From: Haliotis rubra
Taxonomy: Eukaryota
Length of the DNA stretch: 64,000 nt
Assembly (NCBI RefSeq): GCF_003918875.1
Contig: NW_025767168.1
Location: 868,001-932,000 of the forward strand
Reading direction: 5' to 3'
Position numbers and translations under genes: made by a program. The notes under the pieces are model-generated. The model was given only the letters and a program-made list of their open reading frames with translations. It did not search any database and was not told the DNA's origin. The number at the start of each line of letters is the position of its first letter. The stretch's first letter is position 1. This document shows, in pieces, positions 52,606 through 64,000 of the stretch.

Positions 52606-53587
52606 ATCTTGAACACAACGTAAACGTTGAACCGAACACATTTGAACGTTCCCGCCAAGTTCCCCGACGTCATAACGTATCACTGACCCAAGTTCGGAGT
52701 GAACTGTGCCCTAGCTCTCATCAGAACGGTGGTCCAGCACTACTCCACAGTGACTCCGCCAGTCGGAACCATGTGCCAATCACCCCTCAACTTACTCCCA
52801 CTGGGTGTGAGGCTAGTCTAGTTTATAAAATATCAGATCAGGCTTTCATTGTGTTACAGCGACAGACCCGACTCCCCCCGGAATCTGTAAATGCATTACT
52901 TCACTGGCGTGTCTGGGGGAAATCAATTTAGTTATGGTTTAGAAGCACGTTGGTCGAGGACCGCACTAAACCGCGAGACATGACGGTTCTGCCTACATCT
53001 CCCAGATCCTCTTAGATGTATATCCGCTGTAATTCAAAGGCCTAGGCCAAATGTGATTGAGGCAAATTGTATTGCAAATACCAAGGGATTTGGCGTCTCC
53101 GCAACAACTGGGTATGCTGCAAGGGCGACAGGTGAAATTATTTATCAATAATTAACCGGCTGATTTCCCGACTTCGATTACTCCCGTAAAGCCCACAGTT
53201 TCCGAATTACGTTTCCAACTGGTTTCAAGGTTGTTTTTCACATTGTAATTACAGAGGTTTTATTTGCCAGTGCTAGCGAACGTTATGCCGGCCCGAGGAG
53301 GTCATCATGTTCCTAATGGTGTTACTTCATCTCAAGTCCATCTGCAGTCAAATTACACAATTTGTAATCACTCCCGCAAACCTAGAAAGTATTTATGATG
53401 ACATAGTACTGATCACCTTTATGGCATTAGTAAATGCATGAAAACAATTCCCTTCCTTCCATTGTTTATTACATTTTCACCCAATACATTTATAGAACAG
53501 TAAAAACAATTTTGCTTTGGTTAAATGCATTTGCCACCTTAAAAGGTTATGAGAGAATTTTAAAACATAGTAGGCCATATTAAAATA

Positions 53588-53706
53588 TACTCATGCCAAT
53601 AATGGTTGTCACCCCCTTCAACTTTTTAATTGGAGGGGGTGTGGGGTGTGAGGTGTGTGTGGGGGTTGGGGTGGGGAGGGAGTGACAACCATAATTGGCA
53701 TGAGTA
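53588..53706. mobile_element. Tc1/mariner-like MITE with G-rich interior
   Basis: About 28-bp TIR TACTCATGCCAAT(A/T)ATGGTTGTCAC flanked by TA. Confidence 0.8.
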
Positions 53707-54366
53707 TATAATATAATTTATAAAAATATACCCTATGAATAACATATTTGTTTTCAAGCATTCAATCACGTTTAATGTAGTACTTAATACTCAATAAAGT
53801 CCATATATGCTTAAGGCAGTACTTGGTTCAGGATGATGTTTAATGATGTATGTAGTTCAGAATGAAGGGTTAAAACACATTCACGTACTCGCGTGTCCTG
53901 CTAGTTGATTACGCGTAGAAAGTACGACTTAATAATCAGGGGGCATGAAGCTAAGCTGGCTTCGCCCTCGCACACTTAATCCCTCTCACAACAACTTAGG
54001 AGAGTCGACTAGGCCAGTTGCGCGTCATTATACACCGACTTCATGGATCACTGCTCTTGTGATCAATCACTGGTTCACCGACATACTCCACGAAGAGCGC
54101 TTCACGTCATTTTTGAGTACGGGAGTTACGTTTGTCTTAGTTCTAAGGTTGATTTGTTGAACTATAGATCCAACTCTCACACGTTCAGAACGTAGATTAA
54201 CACAATTAGTACTTCACTGCTGCACCCGTGGTTAGAGCAAAACACATTCCAAGTAAAACGTAAATGAACGGTCACCCATAATTATATAAAGAATGAGGGG
54301 GCGATTAGGTAGCCTAGTGGTTAAAGCGTTAGCTCGTCCCGCCGAAGGCCCGGGTTTGATTCCCCA

Positions 54367-57300
54367 TATATATAATCTTTTATTCCTCCATAGTGAAGAG
54401 TACAGACAGAGAAATATTTATGCAGGTATTTCAGGACTTTCATGCATATTTGAGCCAGTATCACGTTTTCGTAATCAGTCAAAGGCAAGAGTCACAATGA
54501 GTCACTGGAACACAGCTTTGTACATCATGGTGATTTTATACACGGAGTGGATAACTCAATCAAGTCCTCTTTGATCAGAGGGAAGTCGGTTGTACACGAC
54601 AACAAGCACTCAGTAAGTTCAGTTTCACGCTGAATTCAATTGGCCCAACATTGATTAGGCCTATCCACAGTTCGTCCCGAGTTGCATCTGTGTATCCACA
54701 CACATCTACGGCGTGAGTCAGGGGGGTCATCTTACATCAACCAACACCGATGACACAGCCCTGCTTCACATAGGTCTCTCACTGTAGCACAGGCTTTGAT
54801 GACAAAGTTAGCTTGCCGTCTGAGTGATGCATCAAGCAATGACACCGTCCATGCAGGATGGACTTCAAGCTGGCGATGTATCCGCTGGAACTTGTGAAAT
54901 CAGAGCCATCTGCCAACCGACTGTTCCATGATACTCTCTGACTGACGTCTTCACTATTCTCCTCCACTTCGAACGCTTTAAGAAGGACCCTGATTCTAAG
55001 AAATTTTTCCAAGTGACAATATAGTAGGTACTTCTTGAGCACCCTGACTACACCAGGCACATACCCAAAAGATGACGATGAGACGTTGTGTAAGTAGCAC
55101 ATCAACCGGGATATGAACAGCTTGTGAGGTAGATATCTGTGGTCCATATTCAAGAGACCACCCAGGAAACTTCCGCTGATCTATAACTGCCTCTAGAGGC
55201 AACACTCCAAGGAGTCCATGACAACTATCAGTTCGAGTGGTACGAGGCAGGTCTGGGATTGATTTAATGACGTGTCTGTAAGATCTCTCCAGCATCAAAA
55301 TCTCAACTGTGGAAAGGTTAGTCCACAGTTCCGACCCGTACAGGGCTTTGGGAAGAAACACACGGTTAACAACTGTGAGGCTGATGATTGGGTTTGTAAA
55401 CCGTGGGTGAAACCCACAAGCTGTCAGTGATCTCACACCGGACCGCAAGGAAATGGCAGCTTGCGTCACATGCTCTATGGTTGACATGTTGCCTGACAAG
55501 ACTATTCCAACATGGCGGATTGATTCCTTCCACGGGAGAGGTTGGTTATACAACCTGACTTCAACCTGCTTTAGCTGCTGAGATCTCGGTCGGTATGGAA
55601 AAGTCACAATTTCACTCTTGGAGGACGACAGCACGTATCTCCAGTCGTTGCTGTATTCCTCCGAAATCCTCACCATCTCTCTAGGGGCAGAGAGCCTTGA
55701 TGAGATGAGTGCTACATCATCTACTTGAGTGGGAGAACACACACTTAAGTCCATCACGACAGCACCAAGATTCGACTCAGAGAGTTCTGGAGCAGGGAGT
55801 TTATGTACAGCAGGTACAACTTCCCTGACAGCACACCACCTTGTCTGATACCCTGCATCATGGGGATAGGCCTAGAACACACTGAGTCAAGGAAAACTCG
55901 ACACATCATTCCCGTGTACATGTCGTCAAGAACAGTCCACAAGGAGCCTTTGATTCCACACTCGAATAACTTATATTTCAAACCACTGTGACATACTGTG
56001 TCAAAGGCCTTTGATGTATCCAGGAACACAACATGGGTATCCTCCTTTCGCTCGTGGTAATGGCGTATCGTCTCTTGCAAGTTGAACGATGTGTGAAGGG
56101 CAGATAACTGAGATTGATATGTCATTTGTTGTGGGTGAGGGAAGGTATCAGTTTGATTTAGTCCGTCCAGTCGAGACAGGAGCACCATCTCAAACACTTT
56201 GGACAACACAGGGAGAGTGATATGCCACGGTAAGAGTTCGGATCTTTCTTTGATTTATTTCCACCTTTGTACAGAGGCACCAGGATGCTCTCACGCCAAG
56301 CTGTAGGGATATGTCCGGATTCAAGAATGATGTTGTAGAGTGTTGCCAAGTGAAACATCAAGGTTCTGCCACCATACTTTGGGTGCTCGTACACGATCTT
56401 GTCAACACCACCAGTTTATTGTTCTTCAGCTTGGCACAGCACTCAGTGACTTCAAGCTCTGTGAACCTCATTGGCTGTGGATCATGTTCTTCCTTGCATC
56501 TAACACGGATCTCCTCAACTAGGGATTCTATCTGCTCACAGAAGGAAGAATTGAAATTGTCTTTGGCAGCATATACATCCTGAAAATGGTTAGCCCAAGC
56601 ATCAAATATAGCCTCTGGATCACTGTGCACAGCCCCTTGATACAATATCGGGGAAAGTGTTGACTTGTGTCCCCCTCTGATTGACCGCACACGATTCCAG
56701 AAGGTCCGGATATCAAGGTCATGGGATTGTTCGAGTTCTTGGAAAGTCTGTGAGATGTGGTTATCACTTGCTTGCCTCATGTGCTTCCTGAAGTCAGATT
56801 TTGCTGCCTTGTATTCTCTGTAGGACGTGTGTGCAGAGCCACGAGGTTTGCCATCAGCAAGCCAAACACGACGCTTAGCAGTCATGTGATTATGATAATC
56901 ATTCACAACTTTGTTCCAGTATAGTTTCAGGAATGACTTGAATGATTTCATTGGTACTGTCTCCCTGCTGGCATGCAAAATAGTACATGTTATTGCTGAA
57001 TAACATTCATCAATATCAGTCAATTCACAATCCTCCGCGGGAGGTTTAATACTCCACAGTAGATGGGAAACAGCAAAGGTATAATCCTGAGTCTTGGTAG
57101 AGGTGATGGCAGAGACAAGGTGCAGATGACTGGGTTGTGGTCAGACACATTAAAGGGGGCATCGTCTAAGATACGGGCACATAAAACATCACTTAGGGTC
57201 GCCTCAGGCAACAAGATATGGTCAATCATAGTGCGTGGTCCATGCTGATAAGAGCAGAAGGTCCATGTTGGACCTGAACAGAGATCCAGAGAATCTGTAA

Positions 57301-57870
57301 TGAGCACATTTGACTTTGTTATTAGATCCTCCATGATAATTACTTCACCAAGTTCTGAGTAGGCAGCATATATGTCATCGACAATGTCAAGGCAAGTAAA
57401 GAACAACTCATTACGTCTAGTCACAGCCGGTAGGTACACATTAAATATGTACAAAGGTCTGCATCCAGGAACGTGAATCTCAACACCAACTAAGAAGTCA
57501 CAGTCGCTAGGTACCTCTTGACAATAGCAGTGGAATCGCTTAGATATAAGCAAAGCAACACCACCTCTAGATGTAGAGAAACCATCAGGCAATAGCTGGC
57601 CATCTCCAAAACATCTAGCAAACACTAAATATGGATCAGCAATTTGTGTGGGTTTTTTTAGTAATTGGAGGTTATGATTACCGAGCTGATGCTCACTGAT
57701 GTTCAATGAGAGGGGTGTTCTTCTCTTGCCTGTCATAATCGGGGTGGGGGTGTCAGACTCGGTGACAAGGTCGACATCCTGTCAAATGTACAGCGACAAT
57801 GTCAATAGTTTTTCACACTGTCGATCACTGGAGTGTCTGTTCCTAACTCTGTTGAGTGAGGCGTTCAACA
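54367..57870 (-). mobile_element. Decayed RTE-X-like non-LTR retrotransposon (APE endonuclease + reverse transcriptase), multiple frameshifts
   Basis: Endonuclease motifs RGGVALLI, FNVYLP, IDHIL, SDHNPV; RT motifs YRGISL, FLDTSKAFDTV, GIRQGGVLS, QVDDVALI; 3' end ggaggaataaaagattatat abutting a truncated SINE head at 54298-54368; 5' boundary approximate. Confidence 0.93.
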
Positions 57871-58072
57871 ACAGACAAATAAACACAAATATGGAAACCT
57901 ATGTTGAACTTATGTTTCCAAGTTTTTTATTGCTGTATTTTGATTTATGTAGTAACGTCGCATTAACGTGGGATATTGTTTCCAATCTTCATTTCTAGAT
58001 GTAATAGTGTCATCATGAATCGTTGGGTGAACGGTTGGTCACATATGACATCATGCCTTTGTAGGCATTCAA

Positions 58073-58405
58073 GTGAGTGAGTGAATTAGTTTTACGCCAC
58101 TTGTAGCAATGTCAGGGGGACACGACAAATGGGCTTCATACATTGTACCTATGAGGAGGGGGCGGTGGGGTAGTCTAATGGTTAAAGCGTTGGCTCGTCA
58201 CGCCGAAGACCCGGGTTCGAATCCCCACATGGGTACAATGTGTGAAGCCCATTTCTGGTGTCCCCCACCGTGATGTTGCTGGAATATTGCTAAAAGCGGC
58301 GTAAAACCAAACTCAGTCAGTCAGTCAGACCTATGAGGAGGAAGCGAACCCGGGTCTTCGGCGTGACGAGTGAACGCAGGAAACACTAGGCTAACCCGGC
58401 GCCCC
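58073..58405. mobile_element. Family A SINE (plus, 58158-58328) nested in an older family A SINE (minus)
   Basis: TSD ACCTATGAGGA splits the outer copy. Confidence 0.93.
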
Positions 58406-60214
58406 TATAGGGATTCGAAACGGAGGTGGCCTGATATTCGCACGACTGATAAACAGTGCGTGAAAGTTTGGCCTGTCCTCTATCACAGAAACCGGTATCT
58501 CTTCAAGTTTGTTACAGCGCTTTTCGCTTTTAGAATATTAATACGAATGATATTATAAAAAGGTATATGGATTTAAACCATGTCGGAGCCATTCGCCTAC
58601 TGCCCCTGTCCTTAAAATCAGGAGCTGTCATGAATATTCTGCACTCATTTGAGAACGCAGATTAAGGGTCATATATTCATTAAATACGCGCATCCAAATC
58701 GCCCACACGGCCATTATGTTAAATGCGCTTGTCAAGTAATGACGTTGCATAATTCGGTCACTACTTTATTTCAGTTATCCAGTGACGTCTCCACTTTCTC
58801 ATGCTTTGAGACAACAATAACATCCCATTTCCTCGCGCGGTGTCAGTTCATTTTTCCATAATAGGTGTATTATATAAATTTGTGATCAGTAGCGTAAGGC
58901 TTAAACCAGTTGATTTGGTAGTTGTCCCTTCCGTGACAGGTTGTGTTGAGGCTGCATCGCAGAAGCAGTCAAAACAAATATGGCACGTTCCACGATATAC
59001 ACGTGCGATTGTGTGTTGCACGTGCTGATGACGTCAAATATGCTGACTTGACTATTGTGTTCCCAGTTTGACGCAAACAAGTTTCCAATACTTCATCTAC
59101 GAGTGAAAAAGTTTTAATACTAGGCGACGTGAATATTTGTCGAGAATGTTAGAAAACATCTCATTACGTGGTTATTGATGAAATGTCATTTTGTAAATGG
59201 CGGCGTTTTGAACTGTGGTATTTCGTCCACAGCAGATTTTCTTTCCATGCATTTATTCAATATATCGAATATTTTTGTAATGAACGTGCATGCGGTAATG
59301 AAATGATAATACCGACTACCGGTGAAAAACCTTCTTGATTCCAGATACTTACGGAAACCTGTTTTCTCCTCATTGATTGAATGTAGGAACAGGCTGTGAT
59401 AGAAAACAGTTATATTATAAGGAAGGACTGAAAAAATAGATAAATCCTAAAGCTGACATTCGCTGAAGTACATTTCAATCAATCACACTGACACGTGTAC
59501 ACATTTTAACTGCATTAATATTGACAAGATAAGCTATGTTCCCCGGTTATAATTTCATAATTAATTATTGTTAATTCGTTCTTCGGTAATATTTTACTTT
59601 CACGTACAGTTTAAATTTTTACATGAAAATGATTTCGTTAGATTAGTTCTTCCATAATCTGGGCAGTTGTAATGAAAAACGGACTGCACGGGTGGTTCTA
59701 TTTCTCATCCAGACACCAGTTGATTTTGTTTATGGTGCCTGGCCTCTTGAATACATGTACAGGAATGGGTGAACAGGAATGGGTGAAAAGGTTTGTATGT
59801 GTGTCTGTTTTCACCCGTTTCAGTTAACAAACTGCCCGCACCCCTGCACCCCTCTGGACTGTGTGGCGGCCGGTGGTAACCGCGTTTGCACACGAGTGAG
59901 TGAGTTTAGTTTTACGCCGCTTTAAGCAATAGTCTAGCAATATCACGGCAGGGGACACCAGACATAGACACTTTGCACATGAAAACTGGAGGTGAAAGCA
60001 ATCCCATTCTTATCTACCAATTTGCAAGGAGATATATTTACCACGTTTGTAAAATTAAAACTATACGTGTAAATAAAAAACGCCTTGCAACTATATATTT
60101 TGTGTGGCAGACAATTTCAACAGTCTGAAACATAATTATTTTTTCAATCATATTTAGGGACAAAGTCTTCTTTCTGACAATATCTCAGTCCTCCAACCCA
60201 GTACCTGTAAATAT

Positions 60215-60398
60215 CTGTAAATAATCGAGTCTGGACCAGACAATCCAGTGATCAATGGCATGAGCGTCGATCTACGCAACTGGGATACGATGACATGTGT
60301 CAACCAAGTCAGTGAGCCTGACCACCCGATCCCGTTAGTCGCCTCTTACGACAAGCATGGGTTACTGAAAATCATTTCTAACCCGGATCTTCACGGGT
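60215..60398 (-). mobile_element. Family B element lacking its tail
   Basis: Consensus match including the head. Confidence 0.9.
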
Positions 60399-61491
60399 TT
60401 TCACAATATGACGAGAAGCAAGCACCTGTATATGAACTCCATCGCTTCGACAAGCGACATCGGCAGCATGCAGGTTGTCAGTAACAAATCCCACTTAAAC
60501 ACGTTACACATTTCAATGTGGGCATAATTCGGCCACTTCAACATATATCTCTGTTGGATCATGTCACTAGCTACCTATAATGCTGTTTTTTATCACATCT
60601 GTGTGTGCTTTCGGGAACATTCATGGATACCTTCCTTTCTTTCGATGTTTTTCTAAATCAATTACGACGTGATAAACCCTGTCGAACCTTCTGTGCGCTG
60701 TAACAGAATGGGGTCTGCCTAATCAGATGAGAGGACTGACAGTGCTTTGTCCAGCTGGTCAATACGTCTGGTGGACATCTTCACACTCGCAACACAATTG
60801 GGATATGGAACAAGAAACTAATTTAGTAGAAAAGTGAAATTGGACGTCATATATATATATTGACGTTTACTGTTGGACGAAACCCACACTGTATATATTA
60901 CAGTATATTACCGAATAAAGTGTCTGTCTGTCTGTCTGTCTGTGAAACCCACACTGGGCCATGTTCTTTAAAACAGTCTTACGTCAGCGCTGTGATTATT
61001 CCCACTTTCATAATTTAATATATTGTTTAATATAGCCTACGATAAAATTGTCTGAGTGCTGAGATTTTGTTGATAAACGTGAGGTCCTTGTCCCGTTTTA
61101 AGCGTAGGTTAGGTTTTGGTGTTACGGTCACCTTTGCGCTTAAGTCCCTTTGTGAAACGTTAAACTGGGACATCAATAAACTGATGTGCACCCCCTGGAA
61201 CCACTGTCCTGCAGAGTGAATGATGGGGTGACTGTCCGCCTGCGTTTGCAGTGATCGCGTGCTCGTTTTGGCGGTGAATGTAAGTTCGGTGTTAAAAAAC
61301 TAGTCACCATTTGTGAAATACGAACAATATTAATAGAAAAGTTTATTTTTAAACACATACATACATACATACACGCACGCACACATACGCACGCATGCAT
61401 GGATTCCCTCTCAGTGACCCATTCATCTAATCCAAATCCGGATTTAAACTCAATCAAGCCTTCACCCACTGGCCTGACTTCGTTGAAGGAT

Positions 61492-61726
61492 ACCCGTGAT
61501 AGTCGGGTTAGAATAATGATCTTCAGTAACCCATGCTTGTCGTAAGAGGCGACTAACGGGATCGGGTGGTCAGGCTCGATGACTTGGTTGACACATGTCC
61601 CAATTACACAGATCGATTCTCATGCTGTTGATCACTGGATTGTCTAGTCCAGATTCGGTTATTTACAGACCGCCGCCATATAGCTGGAATTTTGCTGAGT
61701 GCGGCGTAAAACAAAACTCACTCACT
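61492..61726 (+). mobile_element. Family B element, full length
   Basis: acccgtga...gcttgtcgtaagaggcgactaacgggatc...gcggcgtaaaacaaaactcactcac. Confidence 0.92.
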
Positions 61727-62163
61727 TCCTCTTTGGGATATAAGGGGAGCTAACTCTTGCTTCTGATCTCACATTACATCTCAAGGCACAGGAAGACCTG
61801 CGTTGTTTGTGATGATCACTATACCCTGAATTCTCTCTGTCTCACCCTTTCTTCCAAGTTGGATTAATGTAGCTGAGAGGTGAATATTCTCTTTTTCTAT
61901 AGCCACTGCTCTTGTCTTATATTACCTTTGAATCCTGCCACTCAGTTGTGTATTGCCATAGTGATAACCTTGGTGTCGATTTGTGAATACAACCGTTAAA
62001 AACATTACGTTGTTTGTTTGCTGGTTTCCCACCAAGTTCTGTTACAGGTTGTTTCCTGATAAACTATTCAATTTCAACTCGGGATTCAACACGTAAAAGT
62101 TATGTTTGGCAGCATGTTGGTAGTTTATTTTCATATTTTCATTTGGAATTTTCCGTATTAAAG

Positions 62164-62329
62164 GGGGCGGTGGGGTAGCCTAATGGTTAAAGCGTTGGCT
62201 CGTCACGCCGAAGACCCGGGTTCGAATCCCCACATGGGCACAATGTGTGAAGCCCATTTCTGGTGTCCCCCGCCGTGATGTTGCTGGAATATTGCTAAAA
62301 GCGGCGTAAAACCAAACTCAGTCAGTCAG
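62164..62329 (+). mobile_element. SINE family A ((CAGT)n subfamily), full length
   Basis: 12-bp TSD TCCGTATTAAAG. Confidence 0.95.
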
Positions 62330-62696
62330 TCCGTATTAAAGTTTCACAACTGAAAAGGTCATTTCAAAGTGTTAGCTAAAGTGAAAAACACAACCTGAAA
62401 TAACTTCATTTTTACCAGAACTTGGGCACGTTTTCTTTTTTGAATGTTCTGACAGTGCGTCAATAAAAACACATCAAGGTTGAAAGTCAAACAAATCGTT
62501 CACTAGTAAAGCCAGAGGTTCCATAAATTTAAACAGATCTATTTTCGATTACTCGAGGAAATATGGTAACCGATGACGTCACAATGGCTGCAAAGCATTG
62601 CGATGCAAGTTCATTGTAGATATATTTCCTTGGCGATATCAACAGATCTTACCTAAGCTATATTATCTACTACAACCACTTGAGGGTAACAACAGA

Positions 62697-63382
62697 GAGT
62701 GAGTGAGTAAGTTTACTTGTACGCCGCTTTAGCAATATTCCAGCAATATCGCGGCAGGGGACAGAAGAAATGGGCTTCACACATTGAACCCATGTGGGGA
62801 ATCGAACCCGGGTTTTCGGTGTGACGAGCGAACGCTGTAACCACAAGGCAACCCCACCGCCCTTATCATTTCACAGATCTACTAGCTATCCTCAGCTGTC
62901 ATTGAGTATGTCTTCGGCACTACCACAGAATCAGACCCTTAAAGAACCATACTTGTTAGATGCCACTAACGGGACTGGATGTTCAGGCTCGCTGACTTGG
63001 TCGGTGATCTTATCCAATTTGCGTAGATCGATGCTCATGTCAATCACTGGATTTTCTGGCCCTGATTCCATTGTTTACAGGCCACTAACTGTCTAGTCGG
63101 AATAGTGCTGATTCGGGCGTTGAACAGCAAACAAACAAATTACCGAATTCGCCAAGGAAAAAATTGTCAAGATAATTATAGACCTACGTTTTTCGGCCAG
63201 TGTTTAGCAGGATATCTAAAAGGTAGATGCGAACCACTATTAGTACAATTAGCAATATTCCAGCAATATCACGGCGGGGACACCAGAAATGGGCTTCACA
63301 CATTGTACCTATGTGGGGACTCGAGCCCGGGTCTTCAGCGTGACGAGCGAACGCTTTAACCACTAGGCTACCCCATCGTCCT
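62697..63382. mobile_element. Cluster: family A (62697-62862 minus), degenerate family B (62934-63140 plus), family A (63249-63382 minus)
   Basis: Consensus matches. Confidence 0.85.
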
Positions 63383-63731
63383 TGCACTTATCAGTAACTT
63401 TCTTAAAAATGAATAGCTTAGCATCACGGGCGTTTGGTGACGCCCCTACCCCCATACATGGTCAAATTGTTGAGGCGTTCGACTGAAAGAGGCCACAAGT
63501 GACATTTGAGAGACACAATTAACACGTATGGCTTTTCTAAGCCATGATTCAGCTGACTCACTTCGCTGAAATAGCATGGAGAGTATCTTAGACGCGGTAT
63601 TTAAACAATTCCCAGCAGTACCCTTTGTAGTGAATGAGAGGGGGAGTTTCATCTTTGGTCGTACTCGGCAACATTTCCGCGATTTATCGGCTGTCTGACA
63701 GTAATCAGGCCTCGGTCAAGCTATATCTTGG

Positions 63732-63929
63732 TAGACTAACGCTTAGTCTCTGAATATATAACATGTTAATAGAAACGAACAATTCCTTTTAAATTGAAAA
63801 GGAACCCTTGTGACAAGGGCGATTCAGAACCTGATGAAATCTAGACTTGCTTCATGTAGAGCTTAAGTATTGCACAAAGGGCTAGGCAGAAGGGAAAATA
63901 ATGTGGTTCAGGCACTCTGAGACAGACTC
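63732..63929 (-). mobile_element. Academ-like MITE
   Basis: TAGACTAACGCTTAGTCTCTGAA hairpin end; other end ...tgagacagact; body matches 10177-10375; TSD degenerate. Confidence 0.75.
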
Positions 63930-64000
63930 TCTCTTGTGGTATGGGCAGGAATCGTCGGGGTACGAATTCACACCAAGCGCCAGTCAGGCCATGCACTTAC

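Noticed and set aside
51552-52931. His/Thr- or Cys/Val-rich ORFs up to 230 aa
   Set aside because: Translations of (CA)n/(CT)n microsatellite
60954-61170. Possible Harbinger/Kolobok-like MITE
   Set aside because: TIRs too degenerate and no TSD to fix the boundaries

Overview
Eukaryotic, repeat-rich and almost entirely non-coding DNA. The SINE/LINE/MITE repertoire looks molluscan (probably a gastropod such as abalone; this is inference). No long intact ORF is present. Repeats: about 30 copies of a tRNA(Asp-like)-headed SINE (family A), about 10 copies of a tRNA-less short retroelement with the same 3' tail (family B), and a Meta-domain-like SINE (family C). Also present are a frameshifted RTE-X-like LINE (54.4-57.9 kb, minus strand) plus LINE 3' fragments, several MITE families (Academ-like with 8-9 bp TSDs, including a triple nest; MULE-like; hAT-like; Tc1/mariner-like), two Penelope-like terminal fragments (one with a minimal hammerhead motif) and several mini/microsatellites. 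Candidate host features: a CpG-poor 3'UTR-like first 2 kb; a promoter-linked 40-codon ORF on the minus strand (19528-19650) with a PP2A-B56-type LxxLxE motif and an AU-rich trailer; and a triple-CCAAT promoter with a short first coding exon (42844-42889) opening a long intron. Most promising leads: the micropeptide candidate, the structured 5' head of family B, hammerhead-like motifs at 33.4 and 36.7 kb, self-targeting Academ-like MITEs and a dispersed 14-bp motif GAGTTAYBTCCCTT.
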